Assembly: GCA_028534125.1 (NCBI GenBank)
Contig: CM052818.1
Coordinates: forward strand, 38,938,001 to 39,002,000
Length of the DNA stretch: 64,000 bases
Direction: 5' to 3'
Source: Lama glama
Lineage: Eukaryota
The position numbers and the translations under genes are program-made. Positions 13,974 through 28,199 of this stretch are shown here, piece by piece. The stretch's first letter is position 1, and each line of letters starts with the position of its first letter. Under the pieces are notes generated by a model. It made no database searches, had not been told where the DNA came from, and saw nothing but the letters and a program-made list of their open reading frames with translations.

Positions 13974-16599
13974 AAATTACACATGTAGTTTACATTCTAT
14001 TTCTGTTGGACAGCACTGCTCTAAAATGTCTATGAGTTCACGTGACTCCCTGGCTACTCCCTCACTCACCATCCTACCAGAGTCACCTTCATATGAGCTC
14101 CCTGGAGCTCCTGAATCTTCCTGTGGGAGGTGGAGGTTTGATTGCCCTGATTTGTCCTAAACTTGCAGCTGGACTTCAGATGGGCTCAGACACTCAGATG
14201 AACACTGTGGTTTGGGGCTATTTGTGGCTTCTTGGTCCGACTTTCTGTCATTGCTTTCCCAGGCCAGGCATCTCTAGGACTTTTCATCTGCTCCCCGAGA
14301 GCAGTAGCCCCCTCCCCAGGGTGTCCAGCTCTCATCCCAGCACTGGGCGATGTTTTCTTGAACAGTAGAGGCTATTGGGGGCCTTTTTGCTTGGCCACTT
14401 TTTTCCTTTCCAGAAAAGGGCATCAAAATCTCATCCTAATCCACTTTTGGTGGAAAAGTGGGGGGTGTAGATTGTATTGTGAAACTCTCATATCACCACA
14501 ATTCTCTCGATTCAATTCAGTAGACATGGATTGAGAGGAGAGAGCGGAGATGGGGAGGTGAAGACACCAAAGTCTTAGGACTAACACTTAAGGACATACC
14601 CCGTCCCCACTCTGGGATATGAAGTCACTAATATGTAAGTGGAGAGTGGAGCTGGCTTCACACAAGATTTACAGTTGAGCAGGGCCTTGACTAACCAGGA
14701 GGATTTTTCCAGAAGAGATGCCCATTTGTACCATCTAAAACATCCAACATGTGTGGATATTATGGAAAGAAAGTTTCCAATCAGAGCCAACTGGTAAGAA
14801 GGGAGAAGTAGGGAGTTGTTCCTCTTCCTACAAGTGAGGTTTGCCGGATGACATCTTGGGTGAGGTTTGTCTTGCCCTGGGGAGCGGGAGGGCAGAAAGG
14901 CAAGAACTCACCGTTATATAAGTGCTGTCATGACAACACCCACCCCAGCAATGCTAGCAGTTTCTGTGGCAGGTGCTGAAATTGCACATACATTTGTTAA
15001 TTTAGCCAAAGCTATGGGAAAGTGGTAACCAGGAGAGAGAGCCTCATACCAGGAAACTGGAGACCTGCTTTTTAGGTCTTCAATTCCTAGCTATACCGCC
15101 TTGGGCAAACTGTCCTTTCTGGGTCTCAGTTCCCTCATTTGTGAAATATCCACAGAGGTCCCGCAGTTAACATAACCATGTGTAAGATGTAGTGGCAAGT
15201 GTTGGAAACTGTGGGGGATCCAGGAAACGTGCCCCTTCTAAGCAATAAAAGTTTAGGATTTAAAAACAAACTACCATGCTGTCGTAAAAAGACATAGGCA
15301 GGGAAGGCTGGATTTAGCCCACAGAACCAGTTTGTGGTCCCTGACTAGATGAATTTCATTTTTTATGGATCAATATTAGAAAATAATATTATAATTTTCT
15401 AAAACAAAAAATCCTTTTTCTTAAATTTTATTATTCAAGACCTTCCTTCTCTTAGTTGAATTGCTTAAATGGATATTTGAAAGATGAACGATTCCAAAGG
15501 ATGGAAACCAATGAAATGCAGTCTTAAGTAAGAATAAATTATCCTCACAGCTACGTGGGGACTAGCATGTAGCAGGGTAGGAGATGTTACCCCTTTATGC
15601 CAGTCCAGAGGTCAATAACGCAACATTTTTTTCTCTTCCCCTTTTTTTTAGTCTTGAAAGCAAATGATCTAATCAAAGTATTTATACAGGGGTGATTCAC
15701 TTCTTGTGTTCTCTGATGATATCAGGATTTTGCAACAGGGAGGAGCTGAATACACAATGGGTTTCCACACTCCACTGAAGATGTGTCTGTGGCTATTTTT
15801 AGCACGAGACAAAGCTTATATTAGGAGCCACTGCTCAGATCTGGGCAGTCTGGGGAGCAGGCATTACAGTCGTGAGGAGACTACGATGGATACATTTGAC
15901 CTCGCCATCCCAGGACCTCTGCTTCTGCTCAGCCACATGGGTCGGTGGAACACGGTTTAACAAAAGAGATTGTTCTTCATGAGGGTCCGCCATCAGAAAG
16001 GAGAGCAGTGAAAAATCTCTCTTTTCGACAGCTCTCTGATGGAACTGTTTCTTTTCATCTGTGGAAAGTAGACTTGTGTGATTTCTTCTCAGCTTGGTCA
16101 CGTTGTATGTTTAAGAAAGAAACTGACGCATCTATAGCTTGGAAATCTCAGTGATATGCCTAGGAATTCTCACTCATTCATTCATCCATTCATTCCCCTC
16201 ACATGTGTTAGGGGCCTCCTGTAGGCCAGAAACTCTGTCTAGAACCAGCTGCCATGCTTTAAGGAGCTCAAGGACCTGACATAGATGGCATCTCACAGCT
16301 GTTGAACTTCCTATGTCTAAATGAGGTAGGGACAGAGCTTGCACCTGGCGGATATGAAGAAGGTAATGACAGTTACTGCTCTCATTCAATCATTTATTCT
16401 GCAGACATACTCTGTGTCAGCAGTGGGAGCCAGGGAGGAATAAGACAGAGTCTCAGCCCTCAGAGGAGCTCTAGTTCATAAACATAAGTGGCAATACAGT
16501 ACAATAGTCATAGCAATTCAATTGACTCTTTCAATCTCGTGTGGTAAGCACTATAAATGGGTAGGCACATAGGGAGGAGCCAGAGTAGGCTTGAACTAA

Positions 16600-17092
16600 G
16601 AGGTATATTGGTACTTTGGTGCCCTCAATGAATCACCCTTCTCAACAGTCATCTCCTTGTGTGGTCCCCATGATGAGCCTGAGCTTGGTCATGTGGCTGG
16701 CTTAAGCCAATGGGACATCAGCAGGAATGACATAAGCTGCAACTTGATAAGTACTTGCATATTGGGGCTTGCCCTTTTAAAATGCTTCTTCCTGGAACCG
16801 AGTTGCCAGGCTTTAAGGAGACTCAATCAGCCATGTGGAGAAGCCCAAATGGAAAAGAATTGGGCCCTTGATCAATAGCCTCAGCTAAGTTACCAGCTGG
16901 TGGCCGGCACCAACTGCCAGCTCTGTGGGTGGGGCCATTTGAACCTTCCTTCCTAACACTCCAGCCAACACCATGGGAAACAGAAGAACTGCCTGAGTTA
17001 ACCCAAAGACTCATAAGGAATAATACATTATGGCTGTCTTAAGCCACTATGTTTTGGGGATGGTTTATTCCACAGGACTGGATAACCAAACA
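16600..17092 (+). mobile_element. MaLR LTR (MLT1 family)
   Basis: cttagccaatgggac, agccatgtggagaagccc, and the terminus taagccactatgttttggggatggtttatt...gataaccaaaca. Confidence 0.7.
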
Positions 17093-17189
17093 AGCTGTCT
17101 TGACCACTTGTTGGGAATGTGTGATATAAGGTGGAGAGAAGTAGTCATTGGAACCAGGAGTCTGGCCCAGCCCAGATCAGAGCATATGA

Positions 17190-18145
17190 GGGTGGGTCGG
17201 GAATCCCCAATGCCACCCCCTTGTTTCTATGATTTATGAAGAGTACTCACAGGACATAGTGTATAGTTGTACTCACAGCTGTGATTTGTTAGAATGGGAT
17301 GCAAAACAAGATCAGCCAAGGGAAAGACACATGGGGTGAAGTCTGGGGGACACCAGGTGCAAGGGAAATTGTTCTTGAGAGTGTGAGATCAGAGTCTTCT
17401 CCCAGGGAGCCACACAGGACGTGCTTACTTCCCCCAGCAGTGAGTTGTGACAACACATGTAAAGCATTGCCAACTTGTTAGAGGCTCAGTGCCCAGCATT
17501 TCAGGAGGAGTTGTGATGGCTAATTATTTATGTCAACTTGGCCAGGCTATGGTGGCCAGTTGTTTGATCAAACACCAGTCTAGAAGTTGCTGTGAAGGTA
17601 TATTTTAGAGGAGATTAACATGTAAATCTGTGAACTTTGAGTAAAGCTGATTACTCTCCATAATACAGGTGGGCTTCCCCTAATCAGCTGAAGGCCTTAA
17701 GAACAAAGACTGAGGTTTCCCTGAGAAGGGAGAATTCTCCTATACAGCAACATAGACACCCTGCCTGCGTTTCCAGCCTGCTGCCCCGTGTTCTTGGGCT
17801 CCAGGTGGCAAAGTCAGCTCTGAACGTCCAGCCTGCCAGTCTGTTATACAGATTTCAAACTTGTCAGCCCTGACAATTGCATAAGCCATTTCTTTAAAAT
17901 GACTGATACACACTGGCTCAGCTTCTCTAGAAGCTGGTTAAAACAAGGGCTGATCACAGGGACATCCTCTGCCTGGCATGTACCCAAACTCTAGACTCCC
18001 AGAAAGGAAGCAGGTACTCAGCATGAACCATATTGATTGTCTGTACGGACAGTTCAGGCACAGTTAATGATGGGAACTCCACTCTCCACTTCTAACTTAT
18101 TTCTAAGAATAAGCAGTCAGACTTGCTATGTTAACTCCTTTTTGT
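17190..18145. mobile_element. ERV LTR (MER21-like) interrupted by an MLT2 LTR (about 17513-17940)
   Basis: MER21-type gtactcacag...gacacatgggg motifs resume after an MLT2 that starts tgtgatggctaattatttatgtcaacttgg. Confidence 0.6.
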
Positions 18146-18551
18146 ACGGAAGGTGAGGAGTTTGTATTGTGGGCAATAGAAAGTCATTGAATTTTTTTAA
18201 TGCAAATGTGTTATTCCTCCAGAGATTTTAGAGTGGAGGTGACACGTTAGGCTTTGTTTCATATGGCCGTGCTGGCTGCCTGTGGAGAATGGCCCAGAGA
18301 GGGAAGCTGAGAAGCAGGCTTCAGATTAGGAGGACTCTCTGGTCATCCAGGCAGAGGAAGGATGTAGAGGAGAGAGAAGGTTTGAGAATACAACAGGACC
18401 TGGGGGAGGTGTGTTCCCACTTCCCAGACTGCCACCTCCTCTCCCTGGTCTGTGGGAGACTCAGAGAAAGGCCTTGTGCTGGTGAGGTTGCCATGTGCAC
18501 TCTGAGTAGTCCCCGGAGAAATCTGGCATGCCAGGCCCAGGGTGGGGTTGG

Positions 18552-18640
18552 GTGTGTGTCTGTGTGTATCTGTTTCTGTTGTGTGTCTGTGCCTGTGTGT
18601 GTGTCTGTGTAGGTCTGTGTCTCTGTCTGTGTCTGTGTAT
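18552..18640. repeat. Imperfect (TG)n/(TGTC)n simple repeat
   Basis: Directly visible low-complexity tract. Confidence 0.9.
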
Positions 18641-18896
18641 CGGGGCTGTCTCAGCTCCCACGCCCACCCTCCTGGGAGAGGTGTGCCCTGAGCAGGGCAC
18701 CTGCTGTGACTAAGAGGGGAGAGGCAGACGAGGGCTGGCTCTGTGTCCATCCAGGAGGTAGACCTGATGCGCCCCAGGGCCCCTGTCCTGTCTACTTCCC
18801 TCCCACCACAGTCCAGACAGGGCTCATCTCTCCTGGACGCCAGCAGGTCCTAGGGGCACACATGAACCTGATAGCTGCAAGAGGTTCCATGGGCTT

Positions 18897-19058
18897 CCAG
18901 GCTTTTGCTACTCAAAGTGTGATCTGGGGACCAGCAACACTAGCATTTCTTGGAAGTTTATTAGAAACAGAGAATCTCAGGCCCCTACAGAATCAGAATC
19001 CAGAGTTCAACAAGCTCTCCAGGGGATTTGTTTGAACAAGGAGTCTGAGAAGCACTGT
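18897..19058. mobile_element. MER5A-like hAT DNA transposon
   Basis: ctcaaagtgtgatctggggaccagcaac...agaatctcaggcccc...gagaagcactg. Confidence 0.75.
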
Positions 19059-22000
19059 CCTGGGCCTGTGCTGGAGGAAGGGGGCTGGGTGGGTGGGTGG
19101 AGCATGTGTGCGGCCGTGAGCCTGCAGCTTCCCCTGGGCCTCTGCAGACCCGCTGCATGGCCCTGGGCACCGCCGCCCTCTGCCTGTTTCCCGTCTTTGC
19201 ACTGGGGGCATTGGTACTGCCTCCCTCACGGGGCCATGGCGAGTTAAATGAGTTGTCGTGTGTAAAGGGTTTACAACGGGGCCTGGCACGTGGTAAGTAC
19301 CTGGAGACTCTGCTGTTGTTCTGAGTAAGGGGTCCTCCAGCCTCCGCTTGTCCCATCCCCTCCCAGAAACCCCTGTGTGCACACACTCCCACTGCCGAAA
19401 CGGAGGGACAGCCATCCCCACTGCCTGGAAGGAGGGCACCTCTCCTGCAACTCCTGGAAGCTGGGTCTGAGGTGACACAGGAGTCCACATCCTTGTCACA
19501 GGACAGCCCTTTGTTTCTTATAAATGGATCCCTGTCCAGGTCTTCCCATATCTAAGCAGTTCTGGTCCCAAGAACCCATCTCTACAGGCCCTGGCTTCCA
19601 CCCCGGGAGCCACTTCTAAGTACACTGCTGTTTGTCTAAGCCCTTTTTGGGGGACGCTCCCAAGGTCAGGACTCCAGAGGTGGTTTCACCTTGACCTTCA
19701 GACCTGCTGGTTCTGTGGCCCGGCCAGTCAGATGGCCGCAGGATGAGGCCTCTGCAGAGGTACCCCAGGTCAAGTGGATATTGAGCTGCCCAATGAGTCT
19801 ACATGTGCAGAGAGAGTGTGGAGCTCACCGGCATCCTGGTTGACACTCGAGGGCAGACCAAGGCCCTTCGGTGGGCTCCCCAGAATCATGAGAGGGCAGC
19901 CCAACGATCACCTCACATCTCCACAAATCAACTATGGCAAATGTCCCTGGTTACTGAGCGGAGAAGGCAGAACTTGGCTCATCTCAAATGGGGAACACTC
20001 CACAACCTCTTGACCACAATTGGATTTTTTTAAACTTTTGGTTGAAGTTCTTGGAATTCAAAAGAAGTAAATTTAAGTTCTTAGAAATAATCAGTACCAA
20101 TGAGGGTGATTATAACAATAGGAATAAAAAGTAACCGTTTGGGGATGGTTAGTCCTGTGTTAGTTACTGTTAAGTTCTTGACATGCATTATCTCCTCTAA
20201 TTCTCACAAGACTGAACAAGGTGCTATTGTGATGGGGACAAAAGCTGTCTGATCCTGAGAGCCTTATCCAGACACCTCCCCCTGCCCCTTTCCAGATGGA
20301 TTCTGGGTTTGCCCAGACCACAGGCTCTTCCTTGTGATCATTAGTGGAGAGGAAAATTGAAAGGAACCAAAAGGCTAAGTTGATTTACATTTTGAAAGGT
20401 CCTGGAGCTTCTCCCAGAAGAAAACAACTTGTCCAGGAGAACAGAGAAGAGGGCAAGAGAGAAATGGGGTGAGAAGAGATTGAGGGAAGAGAGGTTTGTG
20501 GGAGGGGCTTCCTGGAGGACAGGGCTCTGGGGAATTTGCTGGGTGAAGAGGAAGTTCTGGAAATTTTTCTTGTGTTTTGCACTATAGCTCCATTTGTCCC
20601 CTCTTTGGGAGATTTATATACATATTTATATTTCAAGATTTTTTTGAACTGAAGTTACGCATCTTCCAGAGGCAACCCAGAACTGAGCTAGAACTGAGCC
20701 AGCCCAGTTTTATTTATATTACACTATTATTAGCTCCACCACTTAGAGATAAGGAGGCAGAGATTAGGGAGTTTAAATAACTGGCGTAGGGTCACGGTGG
20801 CAGTAAATGTTGAAACCAGTGTCTGGTGAGCAGTCTGCCCTTGGGGGCAGCACCCACTGAGCACAGAGGTTCCCAGGAGCATGAAAACTCAGGGCTACTT
20901 CCTGGCTCCTCCAGGTTGAGGGTCTTAGAACAGCCCGGATCACACTCAGAAGTGACTCTCAAACTCTCGGGCAGTAAATACCATTTTGTTCACTTCCATC
21001 GTCGAAGCATGTTTCCCAAATGGTGCCCTCATCCTCCTTTCCCTTCTCAGTGAATCACCCACTCCCTTCCGGAAGCAGGCCTCTGGACCAGCTCTTCTGA
21101 CCAGACAGGGTCTGCCTTCAAAGCCCACGGCTGCCATGGCTAATGAGAGGCCAGCGGGCCTGGCAGAGTGCAGCTGGTGCAGGAAGTCCCACCAACATCA
21201 TTCACTCCCTTGGCAGTCATGTCCTGAACTCACACTGGGAAGACAGCCCTCCCGGAGGTAACTTCTTTCCTTTCCCTCTGAAACCTCCCCTGACGTAAAG
21301 CTCTATTGTCACAAACTAAAACTAAGCAGGCCATGGACCTCTTAGGCAATGTTGAAAAAGTTGGACTGTAGAAAAGATACACTTGATCAGTAAGAAGGAA
21401 GGGGGTGGGGGGTGGCTTTTACAGTTTTTAATCACGTAATGATTCAAGAATGAGAAAAATATAGAGAATAATACCTGCCACCAGCTTGGCCAGTCTTTGA
21501 ATAACCTGTGTTTATTTCAAATCATTTTGGCGCCCGTGGAACTCCTGGGTACCCCTCCCCAATGGTGTGCCCCACCCTCCCTCCCTCAACTAAGCTGTTT
21601 AATGTCCTCGTGCACGTACTTATACATTTACTATGTACGAGTGTGTCCTAAAGAGTATTTAGTGGTGTTTTGCATGTTATAAATTTTTACATAAATAGTA
21701 TCATACTTTACATAACTTCTGCAACTTGCTGTTTTTATTCAGTGATGTGTCTTTTGAGACATAGGTTTGTTAAGGCATGGCGCTCTCGTTCATTCATTTT
21801 ACCAGTAAAGTATTCTATTGTGTAAATATTGATCCACTGTCCTGTTGTTGGATATTTGTGTTATTCCAGGTTTTTTTCTTCTACAGACAATGCTACAGTG
21901 ACCAATGCTGCAACAAGATAGGCCAATGCGTACACATGGAAGAGCTTCTAGAATGCCCAGCTGTGTTACAGGAAGGAGATTTGCGTATGGCAAAAATCCT

Positions 22001-23099
22001 GGGCTGCATTTCAAGTGTAGACATTGCATCCAAGGGCAGAGGAGGTGCGTGCAGGGACTTTGCTACCACCTTCCACCTCGGGAGCCCCCTGTCTTAAGGA
22101 GTCAGTGAATGTGGCCAGCTTTCCAAGTATATGCTCCCTGACAACACTCTACATCCAGACTCAGCGGAAGTCACAGATGTAGACCCCGCTGTGAATCACT
22201 TATCTTGTCTGTTTTCTCGTTAGGATTTGCAGTTCGAAACAGCGACATTCTGGAGGGTTCTGATGAGTCATACTGAGTGTGACAGTAAGAGAGTCAGGAG
22301 GGAGGGCATGACTGTTTAGAGAAGGGGAAATAGGATTATTATGTGGAAATTAGGAGGTCTGACATTCCACTCAGCCATTTCTGGGTAATAAACCACGCAG
22401 CAAAGATTTATTATTCTCCCAATTCTGTGAGTTCCTCTGTTGGCTTCTCCTGGGCTTGCTCATGCTATTCATTCCATCTGGAAGATTCACTGGGAAGGAA
22501 GACCCAAAAGGATCTTACTTGCATGTCCAGGACATGGTGCTCGCTATCGGCTGGGTCGCCCTGATTTCCCTGCACTTGCCCTTCCACCCTTCAAGAGTCT
22601 CACCCAGCTTCTTTGCATCGTGGTCCTGGGGCAGCCTTCCAAGAGAGCGGAAGCAGATGCTGTAAAGACTCATGGCGGGGGGGGGGCAAAACTCACATCA
22701 CATCACTTCTGCCAAATTCTATGGCCCATGTAAATAACAGGGCCCACCCAGATTTAAAGGGAGGACTAGTTGACACTCCCTCTTGTGAGTAAGAGAAGCG
22801 AAGTCATCAGATGTTCCAAAGAGCTTGGGATAAATTGCTTCAGCCATCTTTGAAAATAATCTCCCATGATTGAGCAATCTGGGCAAGGATGGAAATTTAA
22901 CATTGAGATTTCAGGTAGAGTCTTCTGTGTAACTACCAAAATAGATCAAGATGATATAATTATTATCACCCTGGCTTTCCTGACTAGAAAGAGGTTCACC
23001 GAGGGACAGGGTTTTTTAATTACCACTGATTTCTGGCATTTCTCTTCACCTGAAAATCCAATACAGAATCTACCTTCAACCTTTGTGAATTAATTCTTT

Positions 23100-24560
23100 A
23101 AATAATTGTTTTTTAAGGTCCCAGTGTGTACAGTGCAGTGTGTTAGGTGCTGGGGACATGGCAGTGAACAAAGCAGATGTAGTCCTTACAATTTTGGAGC
23201 TTTCATCCTATGGAAGGGAGAGCGGCATTAAACAATTAATTATACAGTTAAAGATTTAATTGCAATGATATTAAGTGCACAGGAGAAGTAAGGCACGCAA
23301 AGAAGAAATATAAGTGGGAGGGCCCTGACCTGATGTTGGAGTCACGGGAATCTCCCTTGAGGAATACATGTGAGCTAATTTTTGAGGAATAAGTAGGCAT
23401 TATATAGACTAAGGGAGTGGGGGAGGGTGGTAAAAAGAAATATTTCAAGCAGGAGGAACAGTGTGTGCTAAGGTCTTAGAAAGGGAAGAAGCCTGCATAT
23501 TTGAGGCTCTGAGAAATAAACAGAAGAAAGGGGGGAGGTGACCACAGGAGAACAGGCAAGAGGTTGATCATGCAGGACTTTGGAAGACCATATAAAGGAT
23601 TGGGGTCTCTCCTGGACTGAATTGTGTCCCCTGCCAATTCATATGTTGAAACCCGATACCCCCCAGTGTGACTGTATTTGGAAATAGGGCCTTTAGGGAG
23701 GTAATCAAGGTTAAATGTGGTTATATGGGTGGCTCCCTAACCCAGAAGGGTTGGTGTTCTTGTATAAGTTGAGAAAGAGACACCAGGAGACACACTGGAA
23801 CGTATGAGAAGAGGCCAAGTGAGGACACACAGCAAGAAGGCAGCCATCTCCAAGGCAAAGCGAAAATTCTCACCAGAAACCAAACCAAACACCTTGGTCT
23901 GGGACTTTCAGCCTCTGGGACTGTGAAAAAATAAATTTCTGTTTTTTTCAGCCCCCCCCCACCCCCGTCTGTGGTATTTTGATGTGGGAACCTAGCCGAC
24001 AAATACAACATATGAAATACATATATGAGTAACATATGAAATGTGAGACTTATGCTCTTAAAAGAGCATCCTGGTTGTTGTGTGGGGGATAGCCCAAGGA
24101 ATAAATAATATTACTCAAAGATAAGTTAGGAGGCTGTTACAGAGACCTGCGTAGAGGTGAGGCTGGTGGCAGCAGGGATGGAGAGAAGGAGGGCATGACA
24201 GGGACAAGGGCCATTTAGAGAGAGCGGCAGAGATGGAGGCCTGCCTGGAGGGGGTGGTCGAGGAGTGCTAGGAAGGTGAGCCACTGAGACAGCAGATATT
24301 CATTCTTTTAAGATGTTCAGCCATAAAAGGGAGAAGAAAGATGAGCAATAGGCTTAGAGGGAAGTGGGGTGAAGTCTTATTTCTATGTTTGTGTTTCAAA
24401 AAAGTCTAAGTTTTGTTTTCTTATACAGTGAAAGAGACTTAAGCATTTTTAAATGCTGATAGAAAGGGTTTCATGCAAAGGTAAGTGCTGGAGATGTGCT
24501 AGGAGAAGAAGTGCCGAGTCCTACTGGAGGAAGCAGGATGGATCAGGGCGTAACCACAGG
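23100..24560 (-). mobile_element. L2 LINE fragments interrupted by an MLT1A/B LTR (about 23610-24008, + strand)
   Basis: L2 antisense motifs such as gtgctggggacatggcagtgaacaaa. The LTR has tggactgaattgtgtccc...gtatttggaaatagggcc...aaataaatttctg. Confidence 0.7.
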
Positions 24561-25625
24561 TGCTTTGTGAGAGAGAGAATGAATGGATGAAATTAATGTA
24601 TAGATGAGAAAACAAATTAATGGAAAGCAACATCCATGATGCTCCAACCCTTGTTGTTTAGAGTCTGCAGCGTGGCTGCCATCCATTCCCAGCTTACACC
24701 TACATAACCAAGGGAATCTATCCAGAAAGTGAGCTTGGTCTTTTTTCTTTTCCTTCATCTGGTCGTTTCAGATCCTCTGCAGCCGTGGGCGGCAGCTGAG
24801 GGGGGTGCTGGTGCAACTGCTGTGGGTGCCATGGGGTTTCTGGGCTGCCTGCTTGCTGTGCCCTCTGGTCCTGCTCACACTCAGAAATGCCCCTCTGCCC
24901 TCTCACTGGGGGTTGTTGCTGATCTGCTCAATCTTATGATTTGGTGGTTCTGCCAGGACTCAGTTCATGATGGTAGTTTTGGCCGGATGGTCACTTGACG
25001 TCCCGTGCTGAAGTTCTGTCTGTTCTTGGGCCCAGAAGCATTGCAGAAGCTGTTTTTCAAAAGGCTTTTAGTTCTCTGTCCCAGAGGGCCTGGCCTCGCT
25101 CCAAAGCTGCCAGGCTCTGCATTGTGATTCTCCCACTGGGACTGGCCACAGACTCCACAAGGCATCTTCCCACCACTGATACCTCCACCACCACAGGATC
25201 TACTGGACCACATGGCCCGAGTGGCACAGGTGCTGGTGGTGACAGCGGGGCCTGCTTCAGAGGCCTTTCCTGTTGTCCAGTGTACAGGCTTGACACAGCC
25301 CAGCCAGCCTTTCCCACCTCCCTGGTGACACGATGCCCAGATGGAAGGGGGTGAACACGTAATTTTTAAATCTCCTCTACCCACGTGCTCAGTCCTCAGA
25401 AGCTTGTTAACCCCTTACAACTCCCCTGTGGAGCAAGGCTCAGCCTCCTTGTCTCACAGGTGAGGAAACTGAGGCACCCAGAGGTGAAGAGACTTGTTAA
25501 AAAATGCCCCACAGTGTGAGACAGAACCAACAAGAATACTTACCAGGTGCCTCAGACTAGGCAAGAGAGTCTTTCAGAAACAGGGCAAGTGGAGCAGAGA
25601 ACAGTAAAGCAGGATAGTAGGTGCC

Positions 25626-25821
25626 TGTGATGGTTAGTTTCGTGTGTCAACCTGCCTGGGCTAAGGGATGTCCGGACAGCTGGTAAAACATTTCTGGGTG
25701 CGTGTGTGTGAAGGTATTCCCAAAGGAGACTAGCACCTGCATCAGTAGACTGAGTGAAGGAGATCACCATCACTAATGTGACACCCTCCAGTCTGCTGAG
25801 GGTGTAAATGGGGAAAAAAAA

Positions 25822-25866
<45 letters not shown>

Positions 25867-26285
25867 TTGGCTCACGTGACTATGAAGGCTGAGAAGTCCT
25901 AAGACCTGCAGTCAGCAAGCTGGAGACCTAGGAGAAAGATGATGTAATTCCAGTCTGAAGGCCAGCAAGCTTGATACCCAGGAGAAGCCAATATTTCAGT
26001 TTGAATCCAAAGGCAGAAAAAATGGGCATCCCAGCTCAAAAACAGTCAGGCAGGAGGAGTTCACTCTCATTTGCAGGAGGGTCAGCCTTTTTGTTCTATT
26101 CGGGCCTTCAACTGACTAGATGAGGCCCACCCACATCGGGAGGACCATCCACTTTATTCAGCCTAAGAATTCAAATGTTCATCTCATCCAGAAACAGCCT
26201 TACAGACACACCCAGAAGAATATTTGACCAAATGTCTGGGTACCCCATGGCACAGTCAAGCTGACACGGAAAACTGACCATCACA
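25626..26285. mobile_element. Two MLT2-type LTR pieces in opposite orientation joined by a (TA)n(GA)n microsatellite
   Basis: Left end tgtgatggttagtttcgtgtgtcaac, right end gctgacacggaaaactgaccatcaca. Microsatellite at about 25823-25867. Confidence 0.7.
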
Positions 26286-28199
26286 GCTGCAGACGCTGCA
26301 GGTCCATGACAAGGTTCTGAAACCACCGCTGCAGAATGTCTGCCTCCTTCTGTAGTGGGGTCAGACCGTTATCCCCACTTCTAGCAGCATCCTAACAACC
26401 TAGAGGGGCACACCTTTGACCCCAGGGCAGGAGTCGCAGTGGTGACCAAGCTGGACCTGCTTGCAGGCCGGGGGATGTGGAGAGGCCTTGGCTGAGTGGC
26501 AGGAACCGTGCACTGCCAGTTACAGGGCCCACACAGGCTGCTCCACCTGCCTGGGCTTGAGCTCCTTTTAGGGTTCACAGATAAAGCACAGCACATACTT
26601 ACACTAAAAAGTATTGTTGTTTATCTGAAGTTCAAATTTCACAAGACATTTTCTTTTCTATTGTAGTTTACTTTTTGCTAAATTTGGAACCCCAGTTTCT
26701 TTCTTTGTGAAGTGGGGTACCACCAAAGTCACAGGGGTGTGAGAAGGCATCAGGTGGGCTGTCCAGACAGGGCGTGAAGACTGCTTCTGGCCCAGGCCAC
26801 CAGAGGGGAGCAGACCCTTCCCCTGGGTTGGAGGGGGCCCAGCCTCCAAACCTGGACCAGGGCTGGGGGTGGAGGTAGTGGGGGGATGGGGATAATGAGT
26901 CAGCCGGAGGGAAGGGTAGCGGACGTCATGGCTCAAGTTAACCACAGAAGGCTGTCCCTCTCAGACCAGCCTTGACACCATCAGTAAACAGGAAGTTCCC
27001 TCCAGCCACAGGCTCACGAATCTTGTTACCAGGGTTACAAGATTCTAAACCAGGATTCGAGTCACTGGTGCTTGTGTTTGGCAACCCCAAGCTGGATCAC
27101 CAAGCTTCCCTCCCAGAAGTGCCTCTGGTTTTCTAGCTCCCAGGCCAGAGGAGGCCCCTATACCCAGTCCCCTCCCTGTGCTAGGGCCTGGACCAGAGAG
27201 AGAACTCCAAACCTGGCTTGGCAAGAGGAAGAGCTTCCCCTCAGGCTGTCGAGGTGTCCAGGAGTCCAGGAGTGGGTGAGGTCCTGGGTGAGTGGACGCC
27301 GCAGCCCCAGATGCTCAGTTTGCTGGCAGTCTCATGGCTGCTTTATTGGGTGTCAGCATCTCTGCGTCCTCCATGGCTCCAAGGTAGTGAGAAGGACAGG
27401 GTCTCAGGGGACAACAGCAAGGTCAGGTGTGCAGACGTCCCTCATGGCCAGCACCAGCACTTGGTACCAGAAAAGGGCAGCTCGGGGCAGGAGTCATCCC
27501 TGAGGCAGGTCAGAAATAAGACTCCAGGCCCTGGGAGGTGGGGCCCAGCAGGCAGGTGAGCTATGGTGCCAAGGCATCCAGACATCCTTGCTGCCTTCCA
27601 ATGACATCCCTAAGGACCGACCCAGGGCCAGGACTCAGTGTGGCAGGTTAGGAGCGGGGGCTTCTCTAAGGACAAGGGGTGGCAAATGCACCCTTAAACA
27701 ACAAGGGAGCTGGCTATCCTCTGAGTACCCTGACTGACATGGATCAAGCCCCTCCCCCAATATTAAGGCAAAGATTCTTTAAGAACTTCTCTGTGCAATG
27801 CACTCTTGTTCTTCAGCGTAGGGACATGAGTATTGTGACTCACATGCAGGAAGTGTGCACATGTGTATAAGTGATGAATGGTGGGGAACACTTTTAGAAC
27901 AAACCCAGTAGATTTCTATGAGGTTGGTCATTGCTTCAAACAGCTTATTTGTGGCATCAAAAACTTCTGTCTTCACTACTCTCATTCATGCTCATGGCTT
28001 CAATTCCTACCTTTATTTCTGAACATGTATCTCTAGCCTTGACTTGGTTTTTGAGCTCCAGATCCACAAACCCCCTAACTTTCCTCACAGGAACCTCCTG
28101 CAGCATTTCAAACTGAACAAAATAAAACACCTCCCTCTTCTCCAAACCTCTCCTCCCCTCTTCCCTATTTCTATGAATGATAACACGTCCACCAAGGCA

